A stretch of 64,000 nucleotides of DNA from Squalus acanthias. Lineage: Eukaryota. The translations under genes were made by a program, and so were the position numbers. Below the pieces are notes generated by a model. It ran no database searches, was not told where the DNA came from, and was given only the letters and a program-made list of their open reading frames with translations. This document shows, piece after piece, positions 22,794 to 33,392 of the stretch. Position 1 is the first letter of the stretch, and every line of letters begins with the position of its first letter. The stretch is taken from positions 109,866,001-109,930,000 of the forward strand of contig CM059431.1 in assembly GCA_030390025.1 (NCBI GenBank). The letters run 5' to 3'.

Positions 22794-25700
22794 ATGAAAT
22801 GGCAAGAGGGGGGTGGCAGAGGTATCCTCGGATCGGATCTCCTATCGGAACACGGGATCCTCGTGGACCTTAGGAATCACTGTCTCTGGGGAGCCAAGGG
22901 TGGGAAAGGCAAGGTAGTTGTAATCCCGGGGAAGGAAGGTAAAGGGGCCCTGTGTACCATGAAGCCATCCGGAGGTTACGACCTCGGGCTTATGGTCGCG
23001 GATGTCCCAACGGACATGCAAACGTACGTGTCAGATAATATGCACGCGTTTGCAACCCACAAGCACGATTGTGGGAGGGTTACCGGGTTTGAGGTCAGCG
23101 TAGACGGGGACCCCATGACCCGGCCCCAAAAACAGTATAACTTCCCCAAAGAAGCAGAACCCGATATGGAGACAGCAATGTCCTCCTTGGTGCAGCAGGG
23201 CGTGTTGAGGCCGATAGCCACACACGTGAACTCCCCATTATGGCCGGTGAGGAAGCCGGATAATTCGTGGAGGGCCACGGTGGACTACAGAGTCCTTAAC
23301 AGTAACATCCCCGCCTGCGCGCCCACAGTAGCAGCAATTGCTGACCTGATAGGGAGTATCCCAGCGTCCGCGACCACGTTCACGGTGCTGGATATCTCGA
23401 ACGGTTTTTGGTCCATCCCGCTGCGGCGAGAGGACCAGTACAAGTTTGCCTTTACTTTCAAAGGACAACAGTACACATGGAACTGTTTGCCACAGGGTTT
23501 CCACAACAGCCCCAGTATTTTCCATCAGTGTATGGCAGGAAGTTTAAAGGAGTTTAGTCAGCCCAATCAGATAGTGCAGTACGTGGATGATTTGCTCCTG
23601 TTCACGGACTCAAGGGAGGAGCATGGACCACTGCTAGCCGAGTTATTGGAGCTGCTAGCGAGAAAGGGTTTTAAAGTGAACCCTAAGAAAGCACGTATCG
23701 GTCAGCAGGAAGTAAAATTCCTGGGTCTGACCATTCGCGCTGGGGAAAGAGCCATAGATAAGGCTAGGAGGGAGTCGGTGCAGGAGTTACCGATTCCCAA
23801 CACCATAACGGGTGTGAGGTCCTTTCTGGGACTGACCGGTTACTGTAGAGACTTCATCGAGGACTATGCGGCCACAGCAGCTCCGCTGCTCCGACTCCTC
23901 CATAAGGGAGTGGAGTGGTCTTGGGACGAGGGTTGTCAGGCAGCATTCGAGAAGTTAAAAAGGGATTTGCAGACCGCGCCAGCTTTAGGGGCCATAGATG
24001 GGGGGAAGGAGTTTTTCCTGGAGGTAGCTGCCAGCGGAGACAGCTTGAGCGCTGTGCTGCTCCAAGAGCGTCACGGCAAGCTGAGGCCGGTTGTCTATTC
24101 GTCCAGGGTGTTAACGGATGTGGAAAGGAGTTTCTCCAATTGCGAAAGGCATCTTTTAGCCACGCATTGGGCTGTGAAAAGATCAGCGATCTTCACAGGG
24201 CTCTCTCCCATCACTCTCCTCACCCATCACACACCAACTAAGATGCTTCTAGATGGGAGGATTAAGGATGGGACCGTAAGCAGCGCTCGTATTGCGCGCT
24301 GGACCCTTCTCCTTTCCCAGATGGATCTTAGAGTTAAAGGTCTTTGCGAGCCCAGGCTTGCGGCCAACTTGGTATACCCCGGAACAGCCCACCGGTGTTC
24401 GGTGGAAGGGGTGTGGGAGGTCAACATAGGTTTACGGGCCGGGATACATCCCACAGGTCGCGAGATTTATGTTGATGGTTCCAGCACAGTGTCCGCTGGC
24501 GAACGACTCACAGGGTGTGGAGTTTATGACACTGCGGCAGACCTTGCCCTGGCAATTAAACTCCCCAGCACCATGAGCGCGCAGCAGGCTGAGCTGTCTG
24601 CGGTGGCGTACGTCGTTACCCACCCAGAAATTTTCCCAACCCCATACACGATTTGTTCAGACAGTATGTTTACGTGCAATTCGTGTACGGAATACCTGGC
24701 CATTTGGTCCCGCCGTGGTTACACCTCCGCGGATGGGCGACCTTTAACGGTGAAGCCCTTGCTGGAAAAGATCCTAGCAGCAGTAGGGGAGGAAGGGGAG
24801 ATTTTCATCCATAAGGTGAAAGCTCACTCCTCCACAGAGCCCCGTGGGGAGGGCAACCAGCAGGCGGATGCGCTAGCCAGGGAGGGTGCCCGCAACGGCA
24901 TTTTCTGGGACCCCTATGGACCCGGACCCGTGGCAGCGATCCAAGGCAGGGAAGGGAATCCCGGGAACACCAGGGTAGCACTGCCCCTAGACCTTAAGAC
25001 CGTCCAGAACCAGGATCCCGCCCTAAAAGCAGTTCTCAGAACGATTACTGAGGGCAAGCAGGTAGAGGGCCCGTACAGTACGGCAACCCTCTCCGTTAAA
25101 GAAGGCATGCTGTTCCGCGAAGAACAGTGGGTTGTGCCGCAGCAGCACAGGAGGGAATTCCTCCAGTTAGCTCATGAGGGGCCGGGGGCAGGACACCCCG
25201 GGCCCGAGGTTACCTGGCAACGGGTAGAGCAGGCGGGATGGTGGCCGGGACTCAGGGAGCAGGTCCGCGAGTTCTGTGCAAACTGTCTTGTGTGCGCTGC
25301 AAACAACCCAGACCCCCAGAAAAGGAAAGTGCACATGGGGCACATCAGGAGGCTGGAGGGACCATGGCAGTCGATACAGATCGATTACATAGGGCCCCTG
25401 CCCACCACCCAGGGAGGCTACAAATACTGCCTCGTCTTGGTGGATGTGTTTTCCAAATGGGTAGAAGCCTTCCCCTGTGGAACAGCTACGGCGCTGGGTA
25501 CAGCCAAGATCTTGGTCCGGGAAGTGTTCTCGCGGTGGGGACTCCCCCGTTTCGTGGAGTCAGACCAAGGGAGTAATTTCACCGGCCAGGTGATGCAGAA
25601 CACCCTCATGCTTTTGGGCATTGAAGGGAAGTGGCACGTAGCGCACAATCCCCAGTCATCCGGGATTGTTGAACGCATGAACCGGACCCTCAAGGAGAAG

Positions 25701-27005
25701 CTGAGGAAAGAGACTATGAACTCGCCCCAAAAATGGGCGGAGGTTCTGCCTCTAGTCCTCATGGGGATCCGGGCCAGCCAGTCGAAGAGTACGGGGTATT
25801 CCCCGTACGAGGTGATGACTGGTAGGATCATGCGAACCCCCACCCATGTACTAGCCCCGGTGCTCACTGAGGATCAGCTCCAAGAGGTGAAAAGGGACAA
25901 GTTTGTCCAGACCCTCTTGGAGCGCCTGAAGCAGGTTTACGAGCAGGCAGCTGGGAACATGGGAAGACAGCATCAGGGCAATCGCCTGTTGCTGGAACCC
26001 CGCAAGAAGCAGGAGTGGGAAGTCGGAGATCAGGTCATGGTTAGGAACTATGCCAGAGTAGGGAGTTTGGAACCACTGTATATGGGGCCCTACAGTATTG
26101 TAGATAAAGCGAGTCCCATGGTGTACGCCGTAAAGGTACCTCGGCGCACGAAATGGTTCCACATTAACCAGTGCAAGTTGTATAAGCCGGGTGCACAGGG
26201 GCCAATCACGGGGGCCAGACCTGCGAGTGGGGACTCGCAGCCCCGGGTAGGACCGCAGGGCACACAGACCGGTAAAGCAGCCTGCTTGAGGGGAGAGGAC
26301 ATTCTAGAAAAGTGTAGGATCTTTTCTTGGTGTTGGGATTCAGATGAGGAAGAACTCGAGGAGCTCGACCAAGGTAGTGACCCGATCGGAGAGGTGCTGG
26401 GGTCGGAGGACGAAAGTTTCGTCCTCGACTCAAGCTCAGGGGAGATAGGGGCTGCGAGTGGAGATCCACACAGGGTGGAATCAGAAACTGCAGATCCCGA
26501 GCCCAGGGGGGCGGAGCTAGGGGAGACGGAGCCAGCGGCTGTGGTAGGACCACAGGTCGTGACGGTGGAAGTCTCGGTACCCGGTCCGTCGGCCCTGGAA
26601 GTCTTGCCCTTGGGGGAGGTAGGGTTTGCGAGTGGAGGACCACATACTGGGCCAAGTAGGGTGGAGCCAGAAACTGCAAATCCCGAGTTCAGGGGGGCGG
26701 GGCCAGGGGAGACGGAGCCAGCGGCTGTGGTGGGACCACAGGCCGCGACGGTGGAAGTCTTGGTTCCTGGTCCGTCGGCCCTGGAAATCTTGCCCAAAGT
26801 AGCCCTCCGTAGGTCAAGTCGGACACCCCAGCCCAGGAAGTCGTGGTCAAGTCCCCCGTACGCCCCCAGGCGTAAGTTCAAGGTCAAGGCAGCCCAGGGA
26901 GATCCCAGTCCCAGCGCAGAGGCGACAGGCTGCGGCAGATCAAAGGAAGGGGTCAGTGCCCTCCCACCACTGGGAAAAGCTTGTGGCAGCCTTCGCAGAA
27001 TTTAG
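22794..27005 (+). CDS. pol: pol: protease C-terminus, RT, degenerate RNase H (tether), second RNase H, integrase, long C-terminal extension
   Basis: 1403-aa open frame: LPQGFHNSP, YVDD (23580), FLEVAAS (no catalytic Asp), IYVDGSS..SAQQAEL..ICSDS..KVKAH..GNQQADALA, HHCC, QIDYIG..SDQG..GIVERMNR, GPY. Confidence 0.95.
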   Translation: MKWQEGGGRGILGSDLLSEHGILVDLRNHCLWGAKGGKGKVVVIPGKEGKGALCTMKPSGGYDLGLMVADVPTDMQTYVSDNMHAFATHKHDCGRVTGFEVSVDGDPMTRPQKQYNFPKEAEPDMETAMSSLVQQGVLRPIATHVNSPLWPVRKPDNSWRATVDYRVLNSNIPACAPTVAAIADLIGSIPASATTFTVLDISNGFWSIPLRREDQYKFAFTFKGQQYTWNCLPQGFHNSPSIFHQCMAGSLKEFSQPNQIVQYVDDLLLFTDSREEHGPLLAELLELLARKGFKVNPKKARIGQQEVKFLGLTIRAGERAIDKARRESVQELPIPNTITGVRSFLGLTGYCRDFIEDYAATAAPLLRLLHKGVEWSWDEGCQAAFEKLKRDLQTAPALGAIDGGKEFFLEVAASGDSLSAVLLQERHGKLRPVVYSSRVLTDVERSFSNCERHLLATHWAVKRSAIFTGLSPITLLTHHTPTKMLLDGRIKDGTVSSARIARWTLLLSQMDLRVKGLCEPRLAANLVYPGTAHRCSVEGVWEVNIGLRAGIHPTGREIYVDGSSTVSAGERLTGCGVYDTAADLALAIKLPSTMSAQQAELSAVAYVVTHPEIFPTPYTICSDSMFTCNSCTEYLAIWSRRGYTSADGRPLTVKPLLEKILAAVGEEGEIFIHKVKAHSSTEPRGEGNQQADALAREGARNGIFWDPYGPGPVAAIQGREGNPGNTRVALPLDLKTVQNQDPALKAVLRTITEGKQVEGPYSTATLSVKEGMLFREEQWVVPQQHRREFLQLAHEGPGAGHPGPEVTWQRVEQAGWWPGLREQVREFCANCLVCAANNPDPQKRKVHMGHIRRLEGPWQSIQIDYIGPLPTTQGGYKYCLVLVDVFSKWVEAFPCGTATALGTAKILVREVFSRWGLPRFVESDQGSNFTGQVMQNTLMLLGIEGKWHVAHNPQSSGIVERMNRTLKEKLRKETMNSPQKWAEVLPLVLMGIRASQSKSTGYSPYEVMTGRIMRTPTHVLAPVLTEDQLQEVKRDKFVQTLLERLKQVYEQAAGNMGRQHQGNRLLLEPRKKQEWEVGDQVMVRNYARVGSLEPLYMGPYSIVDKASPMVYAVKVPRRTKWFHINQCKLYKPGAQGPITGARPASGDSQPRVGPQGTQTGKAACLRGEDILEKCRIFSWCWDSDEEELEELDQGSDPIGEVLGSEDESFVLDSSSGEIGAASGDPHRVESETADPEPRGAELGETEPAAVVGPQVVTVEVSVPGPSALEVLPLGEVGFASGGPHTGPSRVEPETANPEFRGAGPGETEPAAVVGPQAATVEVLVPGPSALEILPKVALRRSSRTPQPRKSWSSPPYAPRRKFKVKAAQGDPSPSAEATGCGRSKEGVSALPPLGKACGSLRRI

Positions 27006-27282
27006 GTAGACCGCCCTGGGAACGGGCGGCGCTGTACAGTTTAAGTTTAGGATAAGTTTATAAGTTTAAGTTTAAGTTTTGTAAGTTTGGTAAGTTTGTA
27101 GTTTAATTTTAAAAGTAAACGGTAAAATGATGGGAGTTAGTGATAGGAATAGTTAAAGTCTATCCAGCATACATGTCGTTATACGTGAGACGAGGTCAAG
27201 GGACCCGCTCACCCTTCACAAAAGCCAGAGACTCTTGGGAGGCTGGCTACATCATTTTATCTGATCACAGGAACCAGGAAAG

Positions 27283-29628
27283 ATGGAAAGGATTCTGATA
27301 GTGCTCGCAACGATCGGATATGGATTGGCCTATCGGGGCCTCACCAAGGATGTCGTTGTGTTTGGTTGCTCCGGGACACGGGCCCCATCGCGACGGATGG
27401 GACCGGGGAGCGAAAGGCTGAGGAGACCGCCACTTATTTCCACAAGGGAAGGTGGCCGGGATGGCTGGGAACGAATTCAACGGAATACTCCAGCGCATCC
27501 GGATTTGCCTACAAAGAGACTTCTTTACTGTGCCCCAGAGTGAGGATCATTGCACCCAGAATCAGCGTCACCGTCGGCAAAAGGATTTGTTTGACATGCA
27601 ATGGGAAGGTCCCATTGAGCCGATGGTGGTGGTTACGGAAGTTAAGCAAGACTATGAGAAATTCCTCGGTTGAGTGGGAGCGATTGGGTAACAATACCCA
27701 TCGGACAATTACGGGGACTAACGGACAATTGAAAGTCTGTTGGGACAAATGGTGGGAACCGGATGAGGGAATATGTTTGTATGTGGGGATCGAAGTACGT
27801 TTGCCCCAAGGGTATATCCATATTTTTCGTACACCAGTGGCAGGATAACGGGAAAGGGATGAGGTGGGATGTCAGCACAAAGGGGTGCGGAGCTCCATTC
27901 TCCCCGATCCCGGTAAACGCCACTGAACTCATCACGCGCCCACGCAAGGCTCCGCCCATGATTCCGGTGGTTTTGGCTCAGGAGGAAGGGTGCCCTAAAA
28001 CCACTAAGGGGCCCGGGAATGGTTTGGTACTGGTCCCAACAGACCAGATACTATTTCAAGGGGTACATTACGCGGTGGCTTCGGTGATTCTAAATCTCAC
28101 CGAGGTGCGGTTACCAGAGTGGTGTCCCAAAGAAACGGAACAATTGTACCAGGTCCTGTTAACAAACATGTTCAGACAATTCTACGAGTTTGATTTTGCA
28201 GAGATTGACAAAACAAGCTTGTACACCACATGAAGATTTGGGTCAGGTGGGGAGACAAAGAAGGGGTATTGTGAACGATATGTTCACCGCCTTTAATACA
28301 GGAACATCTGTGGTCAACGCTCTAGACAACGTGGAGCTGCAGACCCAGGTCAATGGTTTAAAAACACAATTAAAAAGCATCCTCACAAGCAAAAACAAGG
28401 TAGTAGGGTCTGAGTTACATGAGGACCAGGCCATGACACTACACTTAAAAAGGAGATTATAGCAGAGCTGGAGAAGCATGCGAGAACGGTAAATGCCCTG
28501 ATTAGGGAAGATCGGAATGCATCCGATCAAGCTGCGCAGAACGAGGTGTGCGTACTATACGGGGCGTGGTTACTGGGCGAGGGCCGCAGTAATTTGGAGG
28601 ATTTAAAACAAGGTTTGGTCCCGTCCTGAATAAGTAACAAACACCTGCAGGCGCTCCACCCTTTTCAGAACACATTAAGCCCGTGCCAGCTCAGGCTAGC
28701 CTCAGAGGCATACCCAGTCCCCGTGGACTGCGGATGGTCAAACCATACCATCATGGGTATAGTACTACGTATGCCGGTTTTGGGCGACACAGCAAAGCCC
28801 ACCCCGGTGTATCGGGTAGAGAACATGGGTGTCATTCAGGGGGGAGCCCACGTTCGCTACGCAGCGGTCCCACCTTACGTCATCCGCTGGGAGCAAACGA
28901 TGACAGGTACCGACCTATCGGGTTGTCGTGGCCGGGGAGCACACATAATACTGTGTCCCCAGCACTTGAATGCCTTTTTAACACCGCAATGCGGGTTCAG
29001 AACGGCTGGCGCGAAGCCCATGAATTGCACCATGGAGGCAATGACACAAGATCATGTGCCTCCGCAGGTGGCATACATAGGGGGTGGAACATATTGCGTT
29101 ACCACTGCAGCGCAACACTACCAGCATGGAAACCACAGCCGCTGTCCAGTGAGTGACAGCAGTTTCTGTTTTAAACCCAGGGCTGAAGTTCAAGTGGCAC
29201 AACAGCGAATTGTCCCGATCCCTGAACCATCCACTGTTCATCTTACAGTAAAAGAGAATTTCACCGACTTGCAGCGATTCGTCGCGCATTTCGGATACAT
29301 CATTTCCCCTCTCCCTGAACACCTCACCAAGCTTTTGAAAGCCGTCACGGTATCACAAAAACATTTTTACACCCTGGAACAAAAGACTGTCGAGATAGGG
29401 ACAGAAATTTTGGACATAGTAATCCCACCGTGGTGGGATCTGTTCACTAATATTGAAGTTCCTTCATGGATCAGGATAGCCTCCCACATTTTGGTTGTGT
29501 GCCAAGTTATAATAGTAGTGTACCTATTGGTCGTACACTGCAAGAGAGGCAAACGCCTCACAAAGCAGGAGAACACAGGGGAGTGGAGAGAACGTTACGT
29601 GCGCGTGAATGAAGAAAGTGCCGCGTAA
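27283..29628 (+). pseudogene. env: env: class I fusion glycoprotein with signal peptide, Ig-like domain, furin site, fusion peptide, heptad repeats, TM
   Basis: Signal-like MERILIVLATIGYGLA; RQRR|GIVNDMFTAFNTGTSVVNALD (28253-28264); Cys-rich ectodomain; TM WIRIASHILVVCQVIIVVYLLVVHC. Broken by about four frameshifts (~27362, 27769, 28228, 28450) and TGA 28627. Splice acceptor ttttatctgatcacag ends at 27270. Confidence 0.85.
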
Positions 29629-30026
29629 ACGGCCAGGATGACGCCGCTCCATTTTTTTTTTTACCATGTGTGTTTTCGTAATTGATTGTTGTTTATGAAT
29701 ATGTGTAACTAAGTTTGGAACTTTTGTATTTTTAAAATAGTTGTTTTGATTATTTTATTATTTTTCCTTGTATAATAAAAACATGCATATACAGGTGGTG
29801 CGCGAGGCATCGGCCTCTTGCACCTGGAAGGCGTATTCGCAATGCAAGTTTAAAGGCAATACTGCCTACGATTTGTCCAAGTTTAAACAATGTAATTTCT
29901 CTGGGAAATGAGGACGGCATGGAGGCCATAGATAGTTTAAGTTAAGGGAGTGTTTGGATGTGGAGAATCGGGATAATTTTGCTCACCACCACTTTTAATT
30001 GATACGATAAGCGGAGTTATTCGCAT

Positions 30027-30039
30027 CAACAGGAGGGAC
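30027..30039 (+). promoter_or_regulatory. Polypurine tract
   Basis: caacaggagggac immediately before the 3' LTR. Confidence 0.7.
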
Positions 30040-31754
30040 TGTAAAGTTTTGCAATTATCGCGATTCGAAATAACAAGATAGAAGCAGATTCGTTTGATCA
30101 GTTTATTTAAACGAAAATGCTGTCATGATATAAAGGACACAGAAGCCTGTAAAATGGCCGCCGCGCATCGTGGCAGAAGCTTCCAGAATTACAGTGGGCA
30201 GACAAGATGGCGTTCGAATAAACATTTCAATATAAGACGGAATCATACTCGATAAGCACTGATAAAGACAGGATGCAACCTGTTTGCATTTATGACAATA
30301 GCAAAAGATATGAGTGCTGGAATCGTTTTCCATGCACAAGTAAGGACCATTGTACTGGGCAATCGAAGGCCCATCCAGACACATCAATACACAAATACCC
30401 CCACGGCTCTACAATGAGAGAGCCATTCTCGGGTGATTAAACAAGTATTCGGGGGCCCCCAAAGCCAGTCAGGGAGACGATTCATACGATCCTGGCTGGG
30501 CCAACAATGGGGAAAACATTAACGGGTAGTTGGCCAGTTTCAGGTGCTACCGAAACCTGTTAAAGACAAGAATCGCCCCGTGCTGGGAGTTTTAAGCGCC
30601 AATATTTCACAAAGGACAAACATTAAGATTTGGGCGGGAGATAAGGGAACACAGCACTATAACTATAGTGAACAAATGTCCATCGGTCTCTTATCTCTGC
30701 GGACTCTTGACTCGGGCTGAACTTTTATTCTCCTATTCTGATCCTCGGGTATCGCTCTGCTGGACGAGCAGCCTTCTGTGTTTTCTCTGGACTCTGTTGA
30801 CTCTGGACTTTAGCCGCACTGGACGGTTATTCGAATGTTGGGTGGGGCTCAATTGGAACGAGTCGCCTCGACGAAGGCCAGTGACCGGGTGCACCATCCC
30901 GAGAGTTGGTAAACGGTGTTTGGACCCAAAGGCCCAACAAGACAAGACGAAATGACAAGAGAAGAAGAAGAATCCACATGCCACCGCGGTCAGTAAACCC
31001 CGACCGCGCCCGAAAATATACGACCCATTTCTTGAACTCTACAGGTTACTGCACGAACCGGTCAAAGACTCTTCTTTGAATTCTACCGACAACTGGTGTC
31101 GGTACAGGAAGACTTTTCTTTGAGTTCTACAGCCGGGCCCGAGCACTGTCGAGTTCTTCATGACAACGGGGAGCCCAGCCTGCTTGCCGCAGCAGCGAAG
31201 ATAAACAAGTGGGGTACAGAGACCCCTCCAAACACGTGACAGTCAGGCGCTGCAGCGAAACGAGCCGAGTGCCTCACTTAAAAATTCTCCGAAGTATCAC
31301 GAGTGGTGAGCATGTTTCCTGATCCTACAAATCTAGACGTAGTGTAGGTATTGATAAGGGAGGGTGGTTTATTAAGGATAAAGTATAATGTGTTCCCCTT
31401 TTTACGATGTGCCGTGCGTTCTTCATTACCATAGACCAAGCTTTATGAATGTATGTATACTTGTACTCTCGTTAATTTGCGCCTATGACATGTACTTCAT
31501 GATTTTGGACGCTATGCTATAAAGATTTCCGTTTCGTACTATTCAACCGGGTCTATTTGAGTTTTTCTCTGCATTACTGCTCTCGCACCTAAGTCCAGTG
31601 TTAGAACCGTAAGGGCGAGTGGGTCGAACCACTCACAGGTGCTTATTGCAACAAGGCTGGCCGGAGACCAGAGCAAGCAATAGTATTAGGCAACGAAGGC
31701 CTAACCTCGCACCAGCACCGTCTGCGATACAAGCACGCGACAAAACCCCTTACA
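30040..31754 (+). repeat. 3' LTR (1715 bp)
   Basis: Direct repeat of 18975-20688, followed by TSD TCTG. Confidence 0.97.
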
Positions 31755-32985
31755 TCTGTGATTTTAACTAGTTTACATTAGGTTTCTGAATCCAAGACAT
31801 TGGGGCAACTTTTGTCTGGTGCTGGGAACATGCCACCTGCCCAATCGCACCAGGGAAGGACCCGAACCATCTTCTTGGTTGGGCCTCATTAGCATGCAGC
31901 TGGCAAAGCTGCGAGCACCGAAAGAATGCTCTGAGGCAGTGGCCGGTCCAGGGGTGGGTGGGTTGGAAAACATCTAGCTCCTACGCTGAGCTGGCAGAGC
32001 GTCCTGTCTGAGGGCGGGGGGGGGGTGGGGGGTTGGTGCGAGGGGGAGTTGGTGTTGACTCCTGCTCCTCCTGGCCCAACAAAGTAAAATTTTAAAAATT
32101 TGCCCCATTTTTGGAGCAACCTATAGCGGTTCCTTTAAGGACTGTTCATTAGACCTCTCCATGCCAGGGACCGATGGGCGATGCCATCTGCTGGGGTCCT
32201 ACAACAATTTAAATATTGTAATAAGACGTCCACCTATTGCTGATCGTCACTTTCAAGGCCTGCTCGAAAATAGAGGCGGGCAAATTCAGGCAGCCAATGG
32301 GCACAACTTGTTTCTTCTAACCTTTATTTGCCTACTGCTCCATTTTGCAGTGTAAATGGGGCAGTAGCCATTCAGAAATTGCTCCCACAAATGTAGATTA
32401 AGTATCGCTAGAGGTCCAGCACTGATCCCTGGGGTATTCCATTCAGTACTTCCCCACCCCTGATCTCCCGGACATGTACTGATTGTTTCATTTACTTCAG
32501 CCAATTCTTTATCCACATTCAGGATTCTCCTTGAACCTCACTGCTTTCATTTGCAGTAGCAGACTTTAGTAGTGAGGAACTTTATTAAAGGTTTTTGGGA
32601 AATCTAAGAACGCCATTGATTTTGGGTTTCCACTCCACTATCTACTTGAGATGTCACTTGCTTATCTATTATTTACTGGACTATTTGCACAAAGATAGCC
32701 CTCAAATTTACTCTTGAAGATCGATTCAATTATTTCACCAGATTTTGATTCGAGGCTAATGGGTCAGTAGACACCTGGATTAGACTAGTATCTTTCTTGA
32801 ATTTGGGTACTACATAAACTTGTTTCCAATCCAGTAGGATCTCCCAAACATTTCAGTGACCTCTTCAAGGTGATTTTAAACATTTTGCAGGTTTCTTCCC
32901 CATTCTTTCTTTGTAAGCTTGGATAGATACCATCCATCCCTGCAAATTTGTTCACTTTGAATGCTCTAAGGCTGTCTAGAAGCCT
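31755..32985 (-). mobile_element. Old CR1 LINE continuation (RT region), with an unrelated GC-rich insert at ~31790-32385
   Basis: Minus strand VLNGIPQGSVLGPL (~32400-32450) and LDFPKTFNKVPH (~32570-32610). KLVKI(T)DDAK spans the provirus insertion point. Confidence 0.7.
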
Positions 32986-32989
32986 TTTA

Positions 32990-33392
32990 GAATTTTAAAA
33001 TTCTCATCCTTGTTTCAAAATCCCTCCATTGCTTCGCTCCTCCTTATCTCTGTAACCTCCTCAAGCCCCACAGCCATCCAAGATCTCTGCACTCCTGACA
33101 ATTCTAACCTTTTGCGCATCCCCGATTTTCATCGCTCCACCATTGGCGGCCGTGCCTTCAGCTGCCTGGGCCCTAAACTCTGGAATTACCCCCCTAAACC
33201 TCTCCACCTCTGTACCCTTCTCTCCTTCTTTAAGACGCTCCTTAACAGCTACCTCTTTGACCAAGCTTTTGGTCATCTGCCCTAATATCTCCTTATATGG
33301 CTTGGTGTTAAATTTTGTTTGATTACGCTCCTGTGAAGCGCCTTGGGACATTTTACTATGTTAAAGGTCCTATATAAATACAAGTTGTTGTT
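32990..33392 (+). mobile_element. L2 LINE 3' end
   Basis: GGRAFSCLGPKLWN..., YLFDQAFGHLP, (GTT)n tail. Confidence 0.88.

Larger units (their letters stand above)
18975..31754 (+). mobile_element. Full-length endogenous lokiretrovirus-like provirus (LTR-gag-pol-env-LTR)
   Basis: Paired TGTAA..TTACA LTRs, TSD TCTG (18971-18974, 31755-31758), PBS, PPT, gag, pol with two RNase H domains, env with furin site and TM helix. Confidence 0.93.

Noticed and set aside
26090..26887. 265-aa antisense ORF over the pol tail
   Set aside because: Low-complexity shadow of a GC-rich repeated coding region, starting at a non-ATG codon, with no recognisable domain.
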